Source: Epiperipatus broadwayi
Lineage: Eukaryota > Animalia > Onychophora
DNA length: 64,000 nt
Direction of reading: 5' to 3'
Assembly (NCBI GenBank): GCA_028023455.1
Contig: JAQFVV010000001.1
Coordinates: 7,812,001-7,876,000 of the forward strand
The number at the start of each line of letters is the position of its first letter. Position 1 is the first letter of the stretch. The translations under genes and the position numbers were made by a program. Positions 40,713-54,100 of the stretch are shown here, in pieces. The notes below the pieces were generated by a model. The model ran no database searches, was not told where the DNA came from, and saw only the letters and a program-made list of their open reading frames with translations.

Positions 40713-42104
40713 TTGACAACAAATTATATTTTATGATATTTATAGCACTATGTTTTATTTTCTCATAATAAATTTTGCCATTGATTAGATATTTTATAAA
40801 CTTTGCCAATGATTAGATATTTTATTTTCACTATATATATAATTAAAAAACTGGTCTGATTATTGAACAATAGACAGTAATATATTTTGGGAGTTAAATT
40901 GATCTGAAATTTTAAAACTTCTCATATAAGATCACACATGAAAACAACAACAGAATTGTACTGATAAAGACAGTTACAACATCAGTTTTGTATTTGAAGA
41001 ATTCTGACTGATAAATATTATAAAGTACTTATTTTTATTATCAGAATTATAGCAGTGCTTTATATATAATTTCAGAAGTGTTGGATTGATTTCTGTAGCA
41101 TTTATCATATTTCATTAGTAAATATCAGTAAATGATACAACCTGTAAGTAAAATTAACTTATGATCGATTAGCTTCTGAAAACCAGCTTCAGTGGCAAGT
41201 AGTGTTTGAGATTTCAATTCATCATTTGGCAGGAGGGAAGATTTAAATAATCAGTTCTTAGAACAAAAATAGATACAATTTCAGTAAATGAGAATTTTTA
41301 CATTCTATGCTCATAATTAAAATAAAATGAAAATAGTAATAAAAATTAGAGATTGGACCCTGACATACATGATGGAAATGTAAATAAATGTGTAATAGTG
41401 CTAGACTTATAAAATAATAATATGAAAGCTATTCATTATTCACCCTTAAAATAAATATACAAGTAAAAGCTTTAATGCACTTTCTATTTAGTTAATAATT
41501 ATCATAAATAATTTTGGTACTTTGTTATTAAACCTACAATGTAGGAGGCCTTTTCACATATGCAATAAATGTGTAATCCTGTACTGATATCAAATTGAAA
41601 AGAAATAATCCCTGCAATGTTATTCAATCTCATGTGAAAACGTGTTTATCTTTATCAACGAATCTTTTTTTTATAATATTTCGACATTTTCAGTTATTGC
41701 CCAGATTTCTTTCTGACAAAGGATAGCATTTCTGTGAGGAATCCCAGCATACCTTGTGCAATCACATATTCAATAAAATTCCATTTTGGGGAGAAATTTT
41801 CAGTTGAAATCTCCATTTTATATGTTACAAGTAAATATCAAATCTGTGGCTTCATCGTGACAATTCCTGTTATATATTACATGATAAGTAGCATGTATGT
41901 GTATTTTGTGTTTTTATAAATAATATTTAAAAAAAAATTATAATTTAGCGATTGTTTTGTGCGTATTTAAAGTAACATTTTTTTGTGTAATGGTGTCATT
42001 TATTTTAGGATTGCAAATCAAATTTTTTTTGGTTTAAAATGTTGTTTCTAATATCGATTTATATATCGTTATATATTTTAAAGTTGTAAGTGTGAAAGTC
42101 ATAT

Positions 42105-42400
42105 AAATTTGTTTTAAAGTGCTGTTTTTAATATTATTTCTTATACTTTAAAAATGGTAATTTTTAATATCCACTTGTTTCTCAAAATTTGTTTTAAAAT
42201 GCTGTTTTTAATATTATTTTTTAATACTTTAAAAATCGGTCTTTTTAATATGCACTTGTTTCTCAAAATTTGTTTTAAAATGCTTTTAATATTTTTATAC
42301 TTTAAAAAGTGGTCTTCTTAATATCCATTTGTTTTTAATATTCACTTGTTTCTCAAAATTTGTTGTAAAATGCTGTTTTTAATATTATTTTTTATACTTT
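42105..42400 (+). repeat. ~80-90-bp tandem repeat (~3.5 copies) inside the Merlin element
   Basis: CACTTGTTTCTCAAAATTTG recurs at 42172, 42253 and 42343. Confidence 0.85.
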
Positions 42401-44611
42401 TAGTTATTTATTATTTCTGCAAAACAGAGCATGTATTAAGACTTGCTGCGCCTTTTCACGTTCATATCAAGCTGCCAATAACTTTGTAAATGTTGCGAAA
42501 ATATCATGTACAAGATCCATGTATATATTATTATTTTTGGTAGTGTTTCTGACTGTCATGCGGCCGTTAGGTGACACTGCGGAACCATCAACAACTGCTC
42601 AGAAGCCTGTAAGTGATAAATTTCTATCCAAAAGTGGCTTAAATCGACAAATTAAAATGCCTAAGCAAAGTAAATCGAATAAATCCTTTGAAAATACAAA
42701 TTAAAAAAAAGAAATCAAGAAAACGCTATGAAATTCCAATTACAGAAACAGAAATCGGTGAAAATATGTCAAACACAAACCCACCCAGAATGAAGAATTC
42801 TTTGCTGAAATGGACAAAGTAAAATACCTAAAGCAAAATAAATCGAACAAAATCTAAAATACAAATTAAAAAAAAACCCAAGAAACCGCTATGAAATTCA
42901 AATTACAACAAAAACAGAAAAACTTTAATGGTAAATGTAAAAAAAAATTAACGAAGCTTCATTAATGGCGGATGAGGTTCATTAATAGCGGGAATTATAA
43001 AAACAGAATTTCATCAATATTTAGCTTTCAACATTTGCAAATATGCATCTGCGATCAGATTCCAAAGTAGCGCAAAATACAAATTAAAAAAAAAAAGCTA
43101 TAAAATTCGAATTACAAAAACAGAAATCGATGAAAATGCTTCAAACGCAACACCCTCCCCCCCCCCCAATGAAGAATTTCTATCCAAAAATAGCCGAGAT
43201 GGACAAATTAAAATGCCTAAATCGAACAAATCCTCCTAAAATACAAATTAAAAAAACAACAAGAAAATACTATGAAATTTGAATTACAACAAAAACAGAA
43301 AAACTTTAATGGTAAATGTCAAAAAAATTAACGAAGCTTCATTAATGGTGGATGGGGCTTCATTAATAGCAGGAATTACAAAAAATGAATTTCATTAATA
43401 TTTAGCTTTTAACATTTGCAAATATGCATCTGTGATCAGATTCCAAAGCAGCGCAAAATACAAATTGAAAAAAAAAACCAAGAAAATGCTATAAAATTAG
43501 AATTACAAACACAGAAATCAGTGAAAATGCTTCAAATGCAATCCCCTCCCCCAATGAAGAATTTCTATCCAAAAATAGGCTGTTTGCTGCCATTTGATTT
43601 ATCAAATTTATTATTCTCTGCTTTGAAATTATGGCATATTTAAATTCATCAATATTTAAAAAACAAAAAGCAGTAATAACATTACATAAAAAATAATATT
43701 ACCAATTTCCTTCCAGGCTTTTGTAGTGGACACTTGGATGTTCGCAGCTTTGTCGGCCCAAGAAATTGTATTTTTCATGTGAAAAGTATATTATGTCACA
43801 TTTCATTTTGAAAGTACAAACTATGATGTGTAATATATTAGAGTATGATTATATTTCTCCTTTTAAATCTTTAATTGATATATTTTGCCCGTTTTAATAA
43901 ATTGCAATCTTTGCAGTGCCATTTTCCATTCACTTGGGAATCACCTTTTTTGCTAGCCAATGGATTTTTATGCTGGAAATAACCTTTTTCTATTGTTAAA
44001 CTTCTTAACTTAGCTCAACAAAGGCGATTCCCAAATGAATGGAAAATGACACTGCGAAGATTGCATTTACCTTCACTGCAAATAAAATTTATTTTTAAAA
44101 TTAACATTTAACCTATATGCAAAAGTTAGAAACTGGTAAATAGTTGCGAAAACATTTCATTATATATGTATGTTATATGAGATTTTTAGAAAAATATGGA
44201 ATTAAATCCATACACATATACCAATTAAGATTTAAAAAGAGAAATATAATCGTACCAAAATATATTACCCATCAGTTTGTACTTTCAAAATGAAATATGA
44301 TGAAATAGACTTTTCATATGAAAATATAATTTCCAAAACTGACAGATTTAATCAAAATGTAACTGAATTAGTCTTTTGAAATACCTGCTTAGTTTTATTA
44401 TGACATATTAATAATTTTGTACTGCTAGAAATAGAAGTTGTTGAGATTATTTTTATTTTTTGACAAGGTTAATATGTAATTTTTTTATGCAGATGAATAC
44501 AACATTAAACATGCACAAACTTTCAGGCAACATTTCAAAATCCCGTGCTGAAATATCAGTAGCAGCTGAAATTTAAGTAGCATCCATCTTCTCGGTAATT
44601 TTTTATTCAAA

Positions 44612-45464
44612 ATGATAAAAATTTGGAATATCCCAAAGATAGAACATGAGGCAGTGGAGTTCCTTCAAAGTAAAAGTGTTCTGCCCTCTCAAAAACTGTA
44701 CGTCAATGGCCATCAAAAGAAACTTTATGGGAGTCCAAAGGCACAATGGAGGTGCAACATCTGTGCATGTCAAAGTTACATAGCACTTCGGAAAGGAACC
44801 TGATTTGAAGGCTGCCAATTGTTATTTCATCACAACCATCCAAATCATTTATTATTGGAGTAAAAACCAATTGACCTAGAATCGGGACTAAATGATTTAG
44901 ATTTGAACAGGGATTGTCATTGCGTGGAAGCAATATTTAAGAGAAACCTGTAAAGGAAGACTGCTATCTCACCCATCCCGCAAAATTGGAGACCCAGGAA
45001 AAATTGTAGAGGTAGACAAAACTGTATTCACTAAACGTAAAATCCAAAGGAAGAATTCTTCCACAAGTGGTTATTTGTTGGTTTATGTAGAGAAACAAGT
45101 GTTTCATTGTTGCTATTCCAGATCGAACAGCATCTGTTCTTCTAGATGCCATTAAACAAAATGTAGCATCAGGAGCCTCCATATATTCTGACTGCTGGAA
45201 GACCTACAAAAGCGATGAATTGAATGCTGCAGGTTACGAGCATTTCAAAGTAAATCACACTTATAATTTTGTTGATCCTTGGACTGGTGCACATACACAA
45301 AATGTAGAAAGACTTTGGGGGCTATTAAAATGATGCAATAAAAGAGGGGGACTGATCAATATCACCTGAAATCATACTTAGCCAAACTCATGTGGCAATG
45401 ACTGCATCATGATGAAGATATATACGATGCGATATTGCAAGCCATTACTATATCATCGGTGTAA
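44612..45464 (+). pseudogene. ISXO2/IS1016-type DDE transposase pseudogene
   Basis: Frameshifted frames: EAVEFLQ...WRCN...LRKGT; KIG.PGKIVEVD.T.FTKRK; CFIVAIPDRTA..LL..IKQNV..G..IYSDCWKTY; GYEH.KVNHTYNFVDP.TGAHTQNVERLW; YL...MW. Several stops and frameshifts. Confidence 0.92.
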
Positions 45465-47210
45465 ATTTTAAAATTTCTAAATTGCAATCTGTTAATTTCT
45501 GCCATCTTTGTCATATTTTTTAAAATACCAAATAATCACCATTATTTAATCTGTTGTTACTATTCAAGTGTGTTAAAATCTGTTCTCTGTAGTTATTATT
45601 CAAGTCTGCTGCAATCTATTTGAAAAAAGGCTTCTTCAAATAATTTTGCTCTAATAAGCTTAAAAATTTGAATGTTTCTCTAAATAATTTTGCACCCAAA
45701 ACCTAAAAATTTGAATTTTCTTTTTACGTATTTTTTTGTGGAACTATAATTATTTGCTAATTGTAATCTGCTGATAATTTCTGCTATTTTTGTCATATTT
45801 ATTAAATCATCAAATAACTACTGTGTGCTGCTTTGGAATCTGATTGCAGATGCATATTTGCAATGTTGAAAGCTAAATACTGATGAAATTCTGTTTTTGT
45901 AATTCCTGCTATTAATGAACCCTAATCCGCCATTAATGAAGCTTCGTTAATTTTTTGAACATTTACCATGAAAGTTTTTGTTGTAATTCGAATTTCATAG
46001 CGTTTTTTTTTTAATTTGTATTTTAGAAGATTTTGTTAATTTATTTAGCCTTATGCATTTTACTTTGTCTATTTCAGCAAAAAATTCTTCATTCTGAAAA
46101 AGGAGGGGTGGTTGCATTTGATGTATTTTCACTGATTTCCGTTTTTGTAATTCGAATTTCATAGCGTTTTCTTGTTTTTTTTTTTAATTTGTATTTTCAA
46201 AGGATTTATTCAATTTACTTTGCCTTAGGCATTTTAATTTGTCGATTTAAACCATTTTCAGATAGAAATTTATCACTTACAGGCTTCTGGGCAGTTGTTG
46301 GTGGTACCGCAGCATCACCTAGCGGCCACATGACATAGTCGGAAACACTATCCTATTTTTTTTTTGCAAATTTTGTGAAAAATATCATGTACAAGATCCT
46401 TGTATACATTATTTTGGTCAGATCACAAGATTATAAAGTTATCAGTGGATTGATATGAATGTGAAAAGGCGCAAGTCTAATACATGCTCTATGTTGCAGA
46501 TCTAATACCAAAGTACCATAATTTTTAATTATTTATATCTAGAAATTAACAATTATAAAATCCAAAAGAACCTTAGTTTAATTGTTAAATAAAAAGAAAA
46601 TCATTAACGCTTTACAAAATAGTTAAGTGGATTATATTTTTCATTAAAATTTGCCTGAAGTAATTAAATAGATAAATACTGAATATAAGTAAATAATAAT
46701 AATGGAATGACTTATTATTCAGAAGTTTGAGCACTGGAAGTGATGAGTGATCTACATAGATCTTGAACGCAAGAGTTCACCACTCTACCACAGATATAAA
46801 CTATGCAGCGCATAAAATAATAGATAGTTTATTGCTCAGGTGCTCATAAAAAATTCAAACATTGGAATTAATTCTGTCTATCTACTATAATATTTACAAT
46901 ATATAACAACTTATAAAGATATGCTAAAAAACTATGAGAAAATACTAACCACTAGCCACATATTAAGAAATAAGTCCTTATTAATTTTTTCTGATCTATA
47001 TATATTTAGTTAATCAAATTTTTCAAATTTAAACCCCACTTTTCCATGCTTGTTATATATATATGTCATTACCATCAAGTTCAAAAATTAGTTTCTCTAT
47101 AAATGAAATTTTATTTATTTTTACCATTTGATCTAGTATATATATATTGTGTCGGTCACTCTTGGAGTGGCCATACAAAAGATAGCTGTAGTCGAAGCTA
47201 CAGTTCATAT

Positions 47211-49330
47211 TGTAACCGTGAACCTCTATATATACCCCGAGATTACGGGCTTCGAAATAAACATGACATAGCGTAAGGCTTTATTTTTTTTCTTACATCG
47301 ACAGTTATTCACGATCCACATAAGGGGGCGCCAGATACGATTATTTAAGTTGATTTTAACTACTCGCATCACCTTACATCATGTCAAAACGATTTCGAAG
47401 TCTAATCCCACCCACTAGCTCAAAACTCTCAGCATGGACCAATAAGGTGTCTCAAGGTTGTTACATGATTGTTTCTAGAATGACTCCTCCCGGAGAAGAC
47501 GCGTTGTCCGCTAATGAAGATCAGCAAGGTTTTCTAATAAGTCGATCACGGCATAAAGATTATTTATTGGTTATCACTGACCTATGAGGTTGTTCGCTTA
47601 CGCCCGAACACAAGGCTTACAAGTTCATCCCCCCGCTTTATTGTATATAACATAATTTATTGACGTTTACTTTGATTATAGACCCGCCCGCTCTTAAATC
47701 TATCTTAACTAAGGTGAAATAAGAAACATCGTGACTTACGGCACGATGGTGACATAATTAATAAAATAACTAAATGAAAATTAAAATTAACTAAATCTAC
47801 TTCAAAGATAAGTTATCAAAGCATAAATAAATTACGGTTTCGATTGTGTGTGAAAAGATTTGAGATATGCTCGACTTGATTAGATATTGAACAAGTTTAT
47901 TAAATATGAAAAGAAAACATTATTAATTGATTTATTACAAAACATTATTAATTGATTTATTACAAAACATTATTAATTGATTTATTACACACGCGCACAT
48001 ACATTCACGCCCACAGAGAACCATAAGTATTCATGACACAATTTGAATAACGAGAAAGTTCCTTTCTATTTGATAAATATATAATCTTTCCTTAGCTTCA
48101 CTTAAGTTCAAAGTTCATGTTTACAAAGTTCAGTAATAAAGATAAACTATCATGACGAGGAAAGTCTTAAGATTTATTTGAGTAAATTTATGTTGGTTAA
48201 TTACGAGATTGCCTTAAGAGTTTATTAATTGAGTGAGTGAACAGAATGAAAAAAAAACATAATTACCTAGGATTTGTCTTGGTTGCAACGAAGGTCGATT
48301 GGTCTGGACGAGTTTGGGTGTTTTACGGAACATTTCTTTTATGAGGAGCATTCACTTAACGCGACGATGTTATCAGAATTTCATAGCTTCGGAGATATTT
48401 CAGTAGCGGAGCGCCGATCAGTCACTGAAGGGTTTATTAGCCCCTCATGACGGTCGACGCTCTTGGTATTAATTTCATGATGATCATTTTAAATATTGAG
48501 GAATAACCAAGCTAATTCAGAACAATTCTAATTTTAAATAAAAGCATAAGCATCGGAATAAATGAGCCGGTGGTAATTCAGCGTACTGAGAATTGGAAAA
48601 TAAAAAAAACACAATAATGAGAATGTATCACTCGAAATGAATCGAATCGACTGAATCCAACCAATTCTTTCCAAAATTAAACATTGAATAGGTTTTGACT
48701 AGTATTTATAAAGGTTGATCCATATCTTGGGATCCAATCTACCCCCATAGTTCCCTGTTCTTGGAGTTGTCGTTCAGGTCCGCGTTTGAGGTACCTGCTC
48801 ACTCACTCTTTGTGCTAAAGGCAATATTTATTTTGGGACAATCTCATTTTGCAATCTCACTCAACCAACCTTATTCCTTCACACCTCGAAGGCATGCGTG
48901 TGTGCGTGTGTTTTACTAGAACAATACAAGTTATTTTACATTTAGAAGTCGAGCATTTATCTTTTCCTCAAATCTTTTCTATAAGTTTTATTCTAGTTAA
49001 AATTATATTTCTAAAATAAACATTTTTTAATTCCCGTGGTGATTTTGATTGATAATTATTTTTATTATTTTAGGAGTGCATATTATATTTTATTATTTAG
49101 GAAAGCAAATTATTTTTTGTTATTATTTTTATTATCTAAAGGCTTTAATCATTTAATTAGACGTTTTACCGTCTGCATTTTATCAATGTGTTTTATAAAT
49201 GTATTTATGAGAGAAAGAAAACTATTACTAATTACGAAAATAAAGTTACGAGTGTTTTATGTTGCTTGCTGGTGTGTGTGTTTATCGATGTATCCTAGAT
49301 TTAATATTGATGTAACGCTGTCTCGTTACA
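47211..49330 (-). mobile_element. 2120-bp solo-LTR-like element nested in the 5' LTR
   Basis: ATAT (47207-47210)|TGTAAC...GTTACA|ATAT (49331-49334). The site is empty in the 3' LTR. On the minus strand: TATAAATA 48710-48703, donor CCTAG|GTAATT at 48266, AATAAA 47285-47280. Confidence 0.78.
47914..47988 (+). repeat. Perfect 25-bp tandem repeat x3
   Basis: AAAACATTATTAATTGATTTATTAC three times. Confidence 0.95.
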
Positions 49331-51107
49331 ATATATATAATTAAAGTATTGGTTTAGGTTTATGTATCATTATATATATTCACAATAATTAAACAGGTAT
49401 GAACTACACGTATTATAAAATGGATGGGGTTGGTCTGTGTATATAATTTTTACCTCCCACACATAAAGAAAGCTAAATATTAAAGCTAAAATCTGTAATT
49501 TTATGCATATGAATGTATTATATATGGGTGTAATATTTTTTATTTTATTGCTTTTTACATAAATGCAAATGTCTCACATTTGTAATTTTATTCTTAAATT
49601 TGTTTACGTGTTGGGACAAGTTATAAAGAAAAAAAAAAAGAAGAAGATAAAATGATTGAAAGTAACTATAAATGTTCCAATGTGTCGATATTTTATTTTT
49701 AATTTTTATCAGTTATTTTCTCTACTAATGCTTTAAGCAAAGTCAGGTGGCCATTGTCTTACCAAATGTTAAAACGCACTAATGTATTAATGGCCACTCT
49801 GCTTTGTATTTTTATTTTTACAAACATAAGAGTTCGAGGAAATTGGATGCCAATACTTGCAGAGAAAAATCTGATTTATTTGTTGGATTGGTATTTTTTT
49901 TAGTTTCAAGCCTTTGTAATAAAAAGTTGCCTTTGAATTCAAATTTTAAATTGATGTGTATCAGTTAAAGTGATCTCGGATAACCTAGGATAAATATTAG
50001 AGATAAAAATTCTTTAGAGATGTAATAGGGATAATAATAGAAAAATGTAAAAAAAAATTATGTGCATTGTCTGAATCCATTAGCCATTAAGATAAAAGTT
50101 GGCTGACACAATAGTTCCACGATTTATAATGTAATGAGTGGGCTATATAAACTGTTCACTAGATGCCGGGAAAAACTTGATACCCTATTCTGTCGTCATG
50201 GTCTTTCATCACTCCCAAAGTTTTACTTTCAAGCGAATGATACTCATCAATATTATGATTCTCTTGTATTAATATACTTAGCACTTTGATAGTTGTTGCT
50301 GTGGTCATCACAGAATTAGAGGCTGCCAAAATCTTGCGGTGCTATAACACGATACTGTCATTAGTCTGATAATTACCAGCTATTTGCTGCTGAGGCCATA
50401 TATCCTGGCTGCAATTGCTGATTGTATAATCCTATACAAATTAAAAAGGGTACAAATCCAGACTGAGTCTCCAGTAAAAGTCCCTTCTAGTTAATCTAAT
50501 AAATAGCAGTTTTATTGATACTGTCATAGCAAGGAAAGTATTGGATACAAAATTCAAGATGAAGAAAACATATATCGGTTAGCGAGATGGTTATGGGATA
50601 AAAGACCGCTCCTGTGCACCCGTCCAGCTCCATCCCAACCATTAACATGTAGTCGACTAAGATCCAGCTAAGGATGATGATCAAGATTGCCATTGTCAGA
50701 CTAATGCCTTGTTGAAGTGAAGTCCCTACCACCTGCTGATCAGATGTATAGCATATACAGACATCCCAAATCCGGATGAAGTCTGAAGACACTGGAAGAT
50801 ATAATTTTTTTTATTTATTTAATATTTGTTTGTTTTCAATAAAATTTATGTTCTTTATACAACTCATAAAAATCAATTATATTGATACAGAGATTTTATT
50901 TCTTGGTTTAGTACATATAGGTTAGATCATTAATCTGCCAAGTCCAGGTGTGTTTTTTTCATGCTAGACATTTATTCACATTAAGCTAAAGATATATGTA
51001 CATTATACAGACACGTATGTTGTATCATATTTTTCTCATCTTTATATTATACATATGCGTATAGATTCAAGAAAGATGAAATGCATTAAAATAATTTTAC
51101 TTTATAT

Positions 51108-54100
51108 TGTAACAGAATAAGTATATGCCTACATTTCTTTCAAATAAATGTGGAAAAATATATATAATTACCCTCAGGTAGAAATATATATAAAAAAAGA
51201 AAATTTAATAATTTTATTTAAATTAATATATATAATGCACAGATGGCAAACTAATTATATAAAGTTTAAAATCTAAAAACAAGATTGTTTTAATATAAAA
51301 AAATAATAATAAAAAAAGCTGCTAATTAGTTATTTTAATCTTAGAATGGAAATGATTTTCTATATTGACATAATAGCAAGCAGGTCCTTAGGCATAGTCA
51401 GATAAAAGATAAATTAAAAAAAAAAATTAGAGATAAAATTTTGAGTTCACACTCTAAAGAAAACTGACCAATAACAATAGACATAAACACACAGTCCGCA
51501 GAGAAAAGTCATCAGAACAGCACCAAGCCAGGCAAGATTGATCCTGGAATTTGATAAGACTTTACAAACATATAAAAAGTAAACTTTGAAGTTGAGATTT
51601 AGATTGGGATTCCTCTTGATGATTATTTAAATATATTTATAAGTGTATTGTGGATCACCAAAATGTAGGGATCAGAAATAATTTACGTTTGCCATGTTTG
51701 CACCAGCTGAGGCAATCTCCAGAGTATGATGGTTCCCAAAAACTGGCCAGCAACGGATTTGTCCCCACCTAGAACAATATGAAATGTAAAGAACTTTGAA
51801 TTGTGTGATGCATAAGGACTGCAAAGATAGACTTTACCTATAGCATTGGAAAGTATTAACTTTTGTTTTAAATGAAATATGAACATTAATTATATAATAC
51901 AAACTTTTCCAAGTATTTTAAATGCCACTTAACTTCTAAAAGAAATCTCTCTTATCTGACTAAAATTTTAATTTACATTTTTTTTATGTGTTTAATATTT
52001 CCATTCTTGTAAATTTCTTTTAAATTAATAATTTAGAAAGTAAGCGTAAGTGGCTGCATAGATTTGCAAGATTATGTTAGTTTAAGGTGTGCTAATTTTG
52101 GGCTAATTGTTTTGTAGTTAAATCAGTGTTAGTGGATAATGTATAGATGTTTTGTCAATGTAATCTGAGTAGGTATATTGGATACTTGCTCCCTTGTACT
52201 GCGTTAGCATAAAGATCGTAATACCCATCTGAACATATAGCACAAAAGTATAGCTCAATGGACATAGATATATTTCCTACACCATTGATTTTCTTACACT
52301 CTGGTTGGGACAGTAAATATTCACATTTACAGACAATTTTGTATATATATATATACTTAGAATAATTTCATTTTTTTGTATCACCAATTGAGCAGTGGAT
52401 TGTTCCTGCCTGTTGGTGGTTTATTAATGATCATGGGGAAGATGCTCATTCATTCCCACCATGATTCTTTCTTTCTCAAATGATATTATGGAACAGACAA
52501 ATTCCTGTTAGCATGATTGTTATGCTAATAATCTCATTTTGTATTAACCACTTTGGTATACCAGTAAGCTACCGTTCATTTAAATGTGAGATTTTAGCCT
52601 AAGGTTAAAAGGAATTGGATTGGTTATATGCATAATCTATGTAGCATATTCATGCTTAGTAAAATATTGATATGGTAAAATCTATTAAATGCTTCCATCT
52701 GTGCATATAATTCAAATCAAACATATTCACTAGTTAATTTAATAATCAGAATTTTCCTTTTAATGTGTGTGCATAATAATAATAAAATGTTTTGTTTAAT
52801 TAAATTTTGGCAGTAATTTGTTTTATTAATATTTAAAATTAAGAATTAATTTGAATATACAATGTGATATTTTAAGCTGTTTCTCCCTGAGCTAGTGACT
52901 GGGGCTTTCGGTTCAATAAAAGAGTAACCTCTCCCGTGCGTATCTGCCTATTATAAAACTTTTCCAGGTTCAAATGGCTTGGTGGTGCTTGTACAGCAGA
53001 TTAGGTTAGGAAGGTTCTGTCAACCATTACCTCCACCATGGTTGTGTTGAAAACATTATTTCTAAAGATTTTTTTTTTTTAGTAATTATACACCCAAAAA
53101 ATTTAAGACTATTTTCCCCAGCTTTTTACATCAGCTGAGAATGCACCTCCCATTAAACAGTTCCCAACTTACTTCCTTTTTTTCTTTATTAGTCAGACTT
53201 TCCTAAAATTACTTTGTTAATATTATATTTTATAAGTTTCCTTTCTCACATGTATGCGTATGCATGCAATTTACTTTCTGGCAGTACTTTTACATCTGCA
53301 TTTAAAAAAAATTTTTTTTTGTTACTGACATAATTTTCTTCTGAAATTCTCAGGGTACTCTTGGTTAAAGGGTATCGCACATGTTGGGCACCAATTATAA
53401 TGATTGACAGAACCTCCCTAACCTAATCTGTCAAGCCACCAGGATATTTGAACCTGGAAAATTTATATAGTAAGCAGATACGCACGGGAGATGTTACTCT
53501 TTTATTGAACTGAAATCCCTAATCACTAGCTCAGGGAGAAACAGCTTAAAATAGCACATTGTATATTCAGATTAATTCTTAATTTTAAATATTAATAAAA
53601 TAAATTGCTGCCAAAATTTAAACAAAAATTTTATTATTACGCACACACACATTAAAAGGAAAATTCTGAAAATTAAATTAACTAGTGAATATGTTTGATT
53701 TGAATTATATGCACAGATGGAAGCATTTAATAGATTTTACCATTTTCAAGCTTGAATATGTAACATAGATTATGCATATAACAAATCCAATCCCCTTTAA
53801 CCTTAGGCTAAAATTTTGTGTTAAAAACCAATGCTAGCTGACTGATATACCGATGTGATCAATGCAAAATGAGATTATTCGCATAACACAACCATGCTAA
53901 GAGGAATTTATGTCTGTAGCATGTCATTTAAGAAATAAAGAATCATAGTAGTAAGGAATGAGCAACTTCCCCATGATCATTAATCAACCTCACCCAACAT
54001 GCAGGAACAATCCACTGCCCAATTGGTGATACAAAAACAAAATTATTCAAAAAATATATGAAATGCTCTGTAATGGGGATAGCGGTCTTTGCTGGCTTAC

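Larger units (their letters stand above)
41516..46517 (+). mobile_element. Merlin (IS1016/ISXO2-like) DNA transposon, 5002 bp, degenerate
   Basis: Exact 8-bp TSD ATAATTTT (41508-41515 and 46518-46525). TIRs GGTACTTTGTTATTAAACCTAC / GGTACTTTGGTATTAGATCTGC (18/22). Long subterminal inverted arms (~42414-43080 vs ~45830-46500). Central transposase remnant. Confidence 0.9.

Noticed and set aside
47316-47333. CCACATAAGGGGGCGCCA as a CTCF site, or TGGCGCCC (minus) as a PBS
   Set aside because: Spacing deviates from the CTCF consensus; the PBS match stops after 8 nt and does not follow an LTR end.
50496-50792. 98-aa minus-strand ORF inside the 5' LTR
   Set aside because: The frame is interrupted by a stop and indels in the 3' LTR copy.
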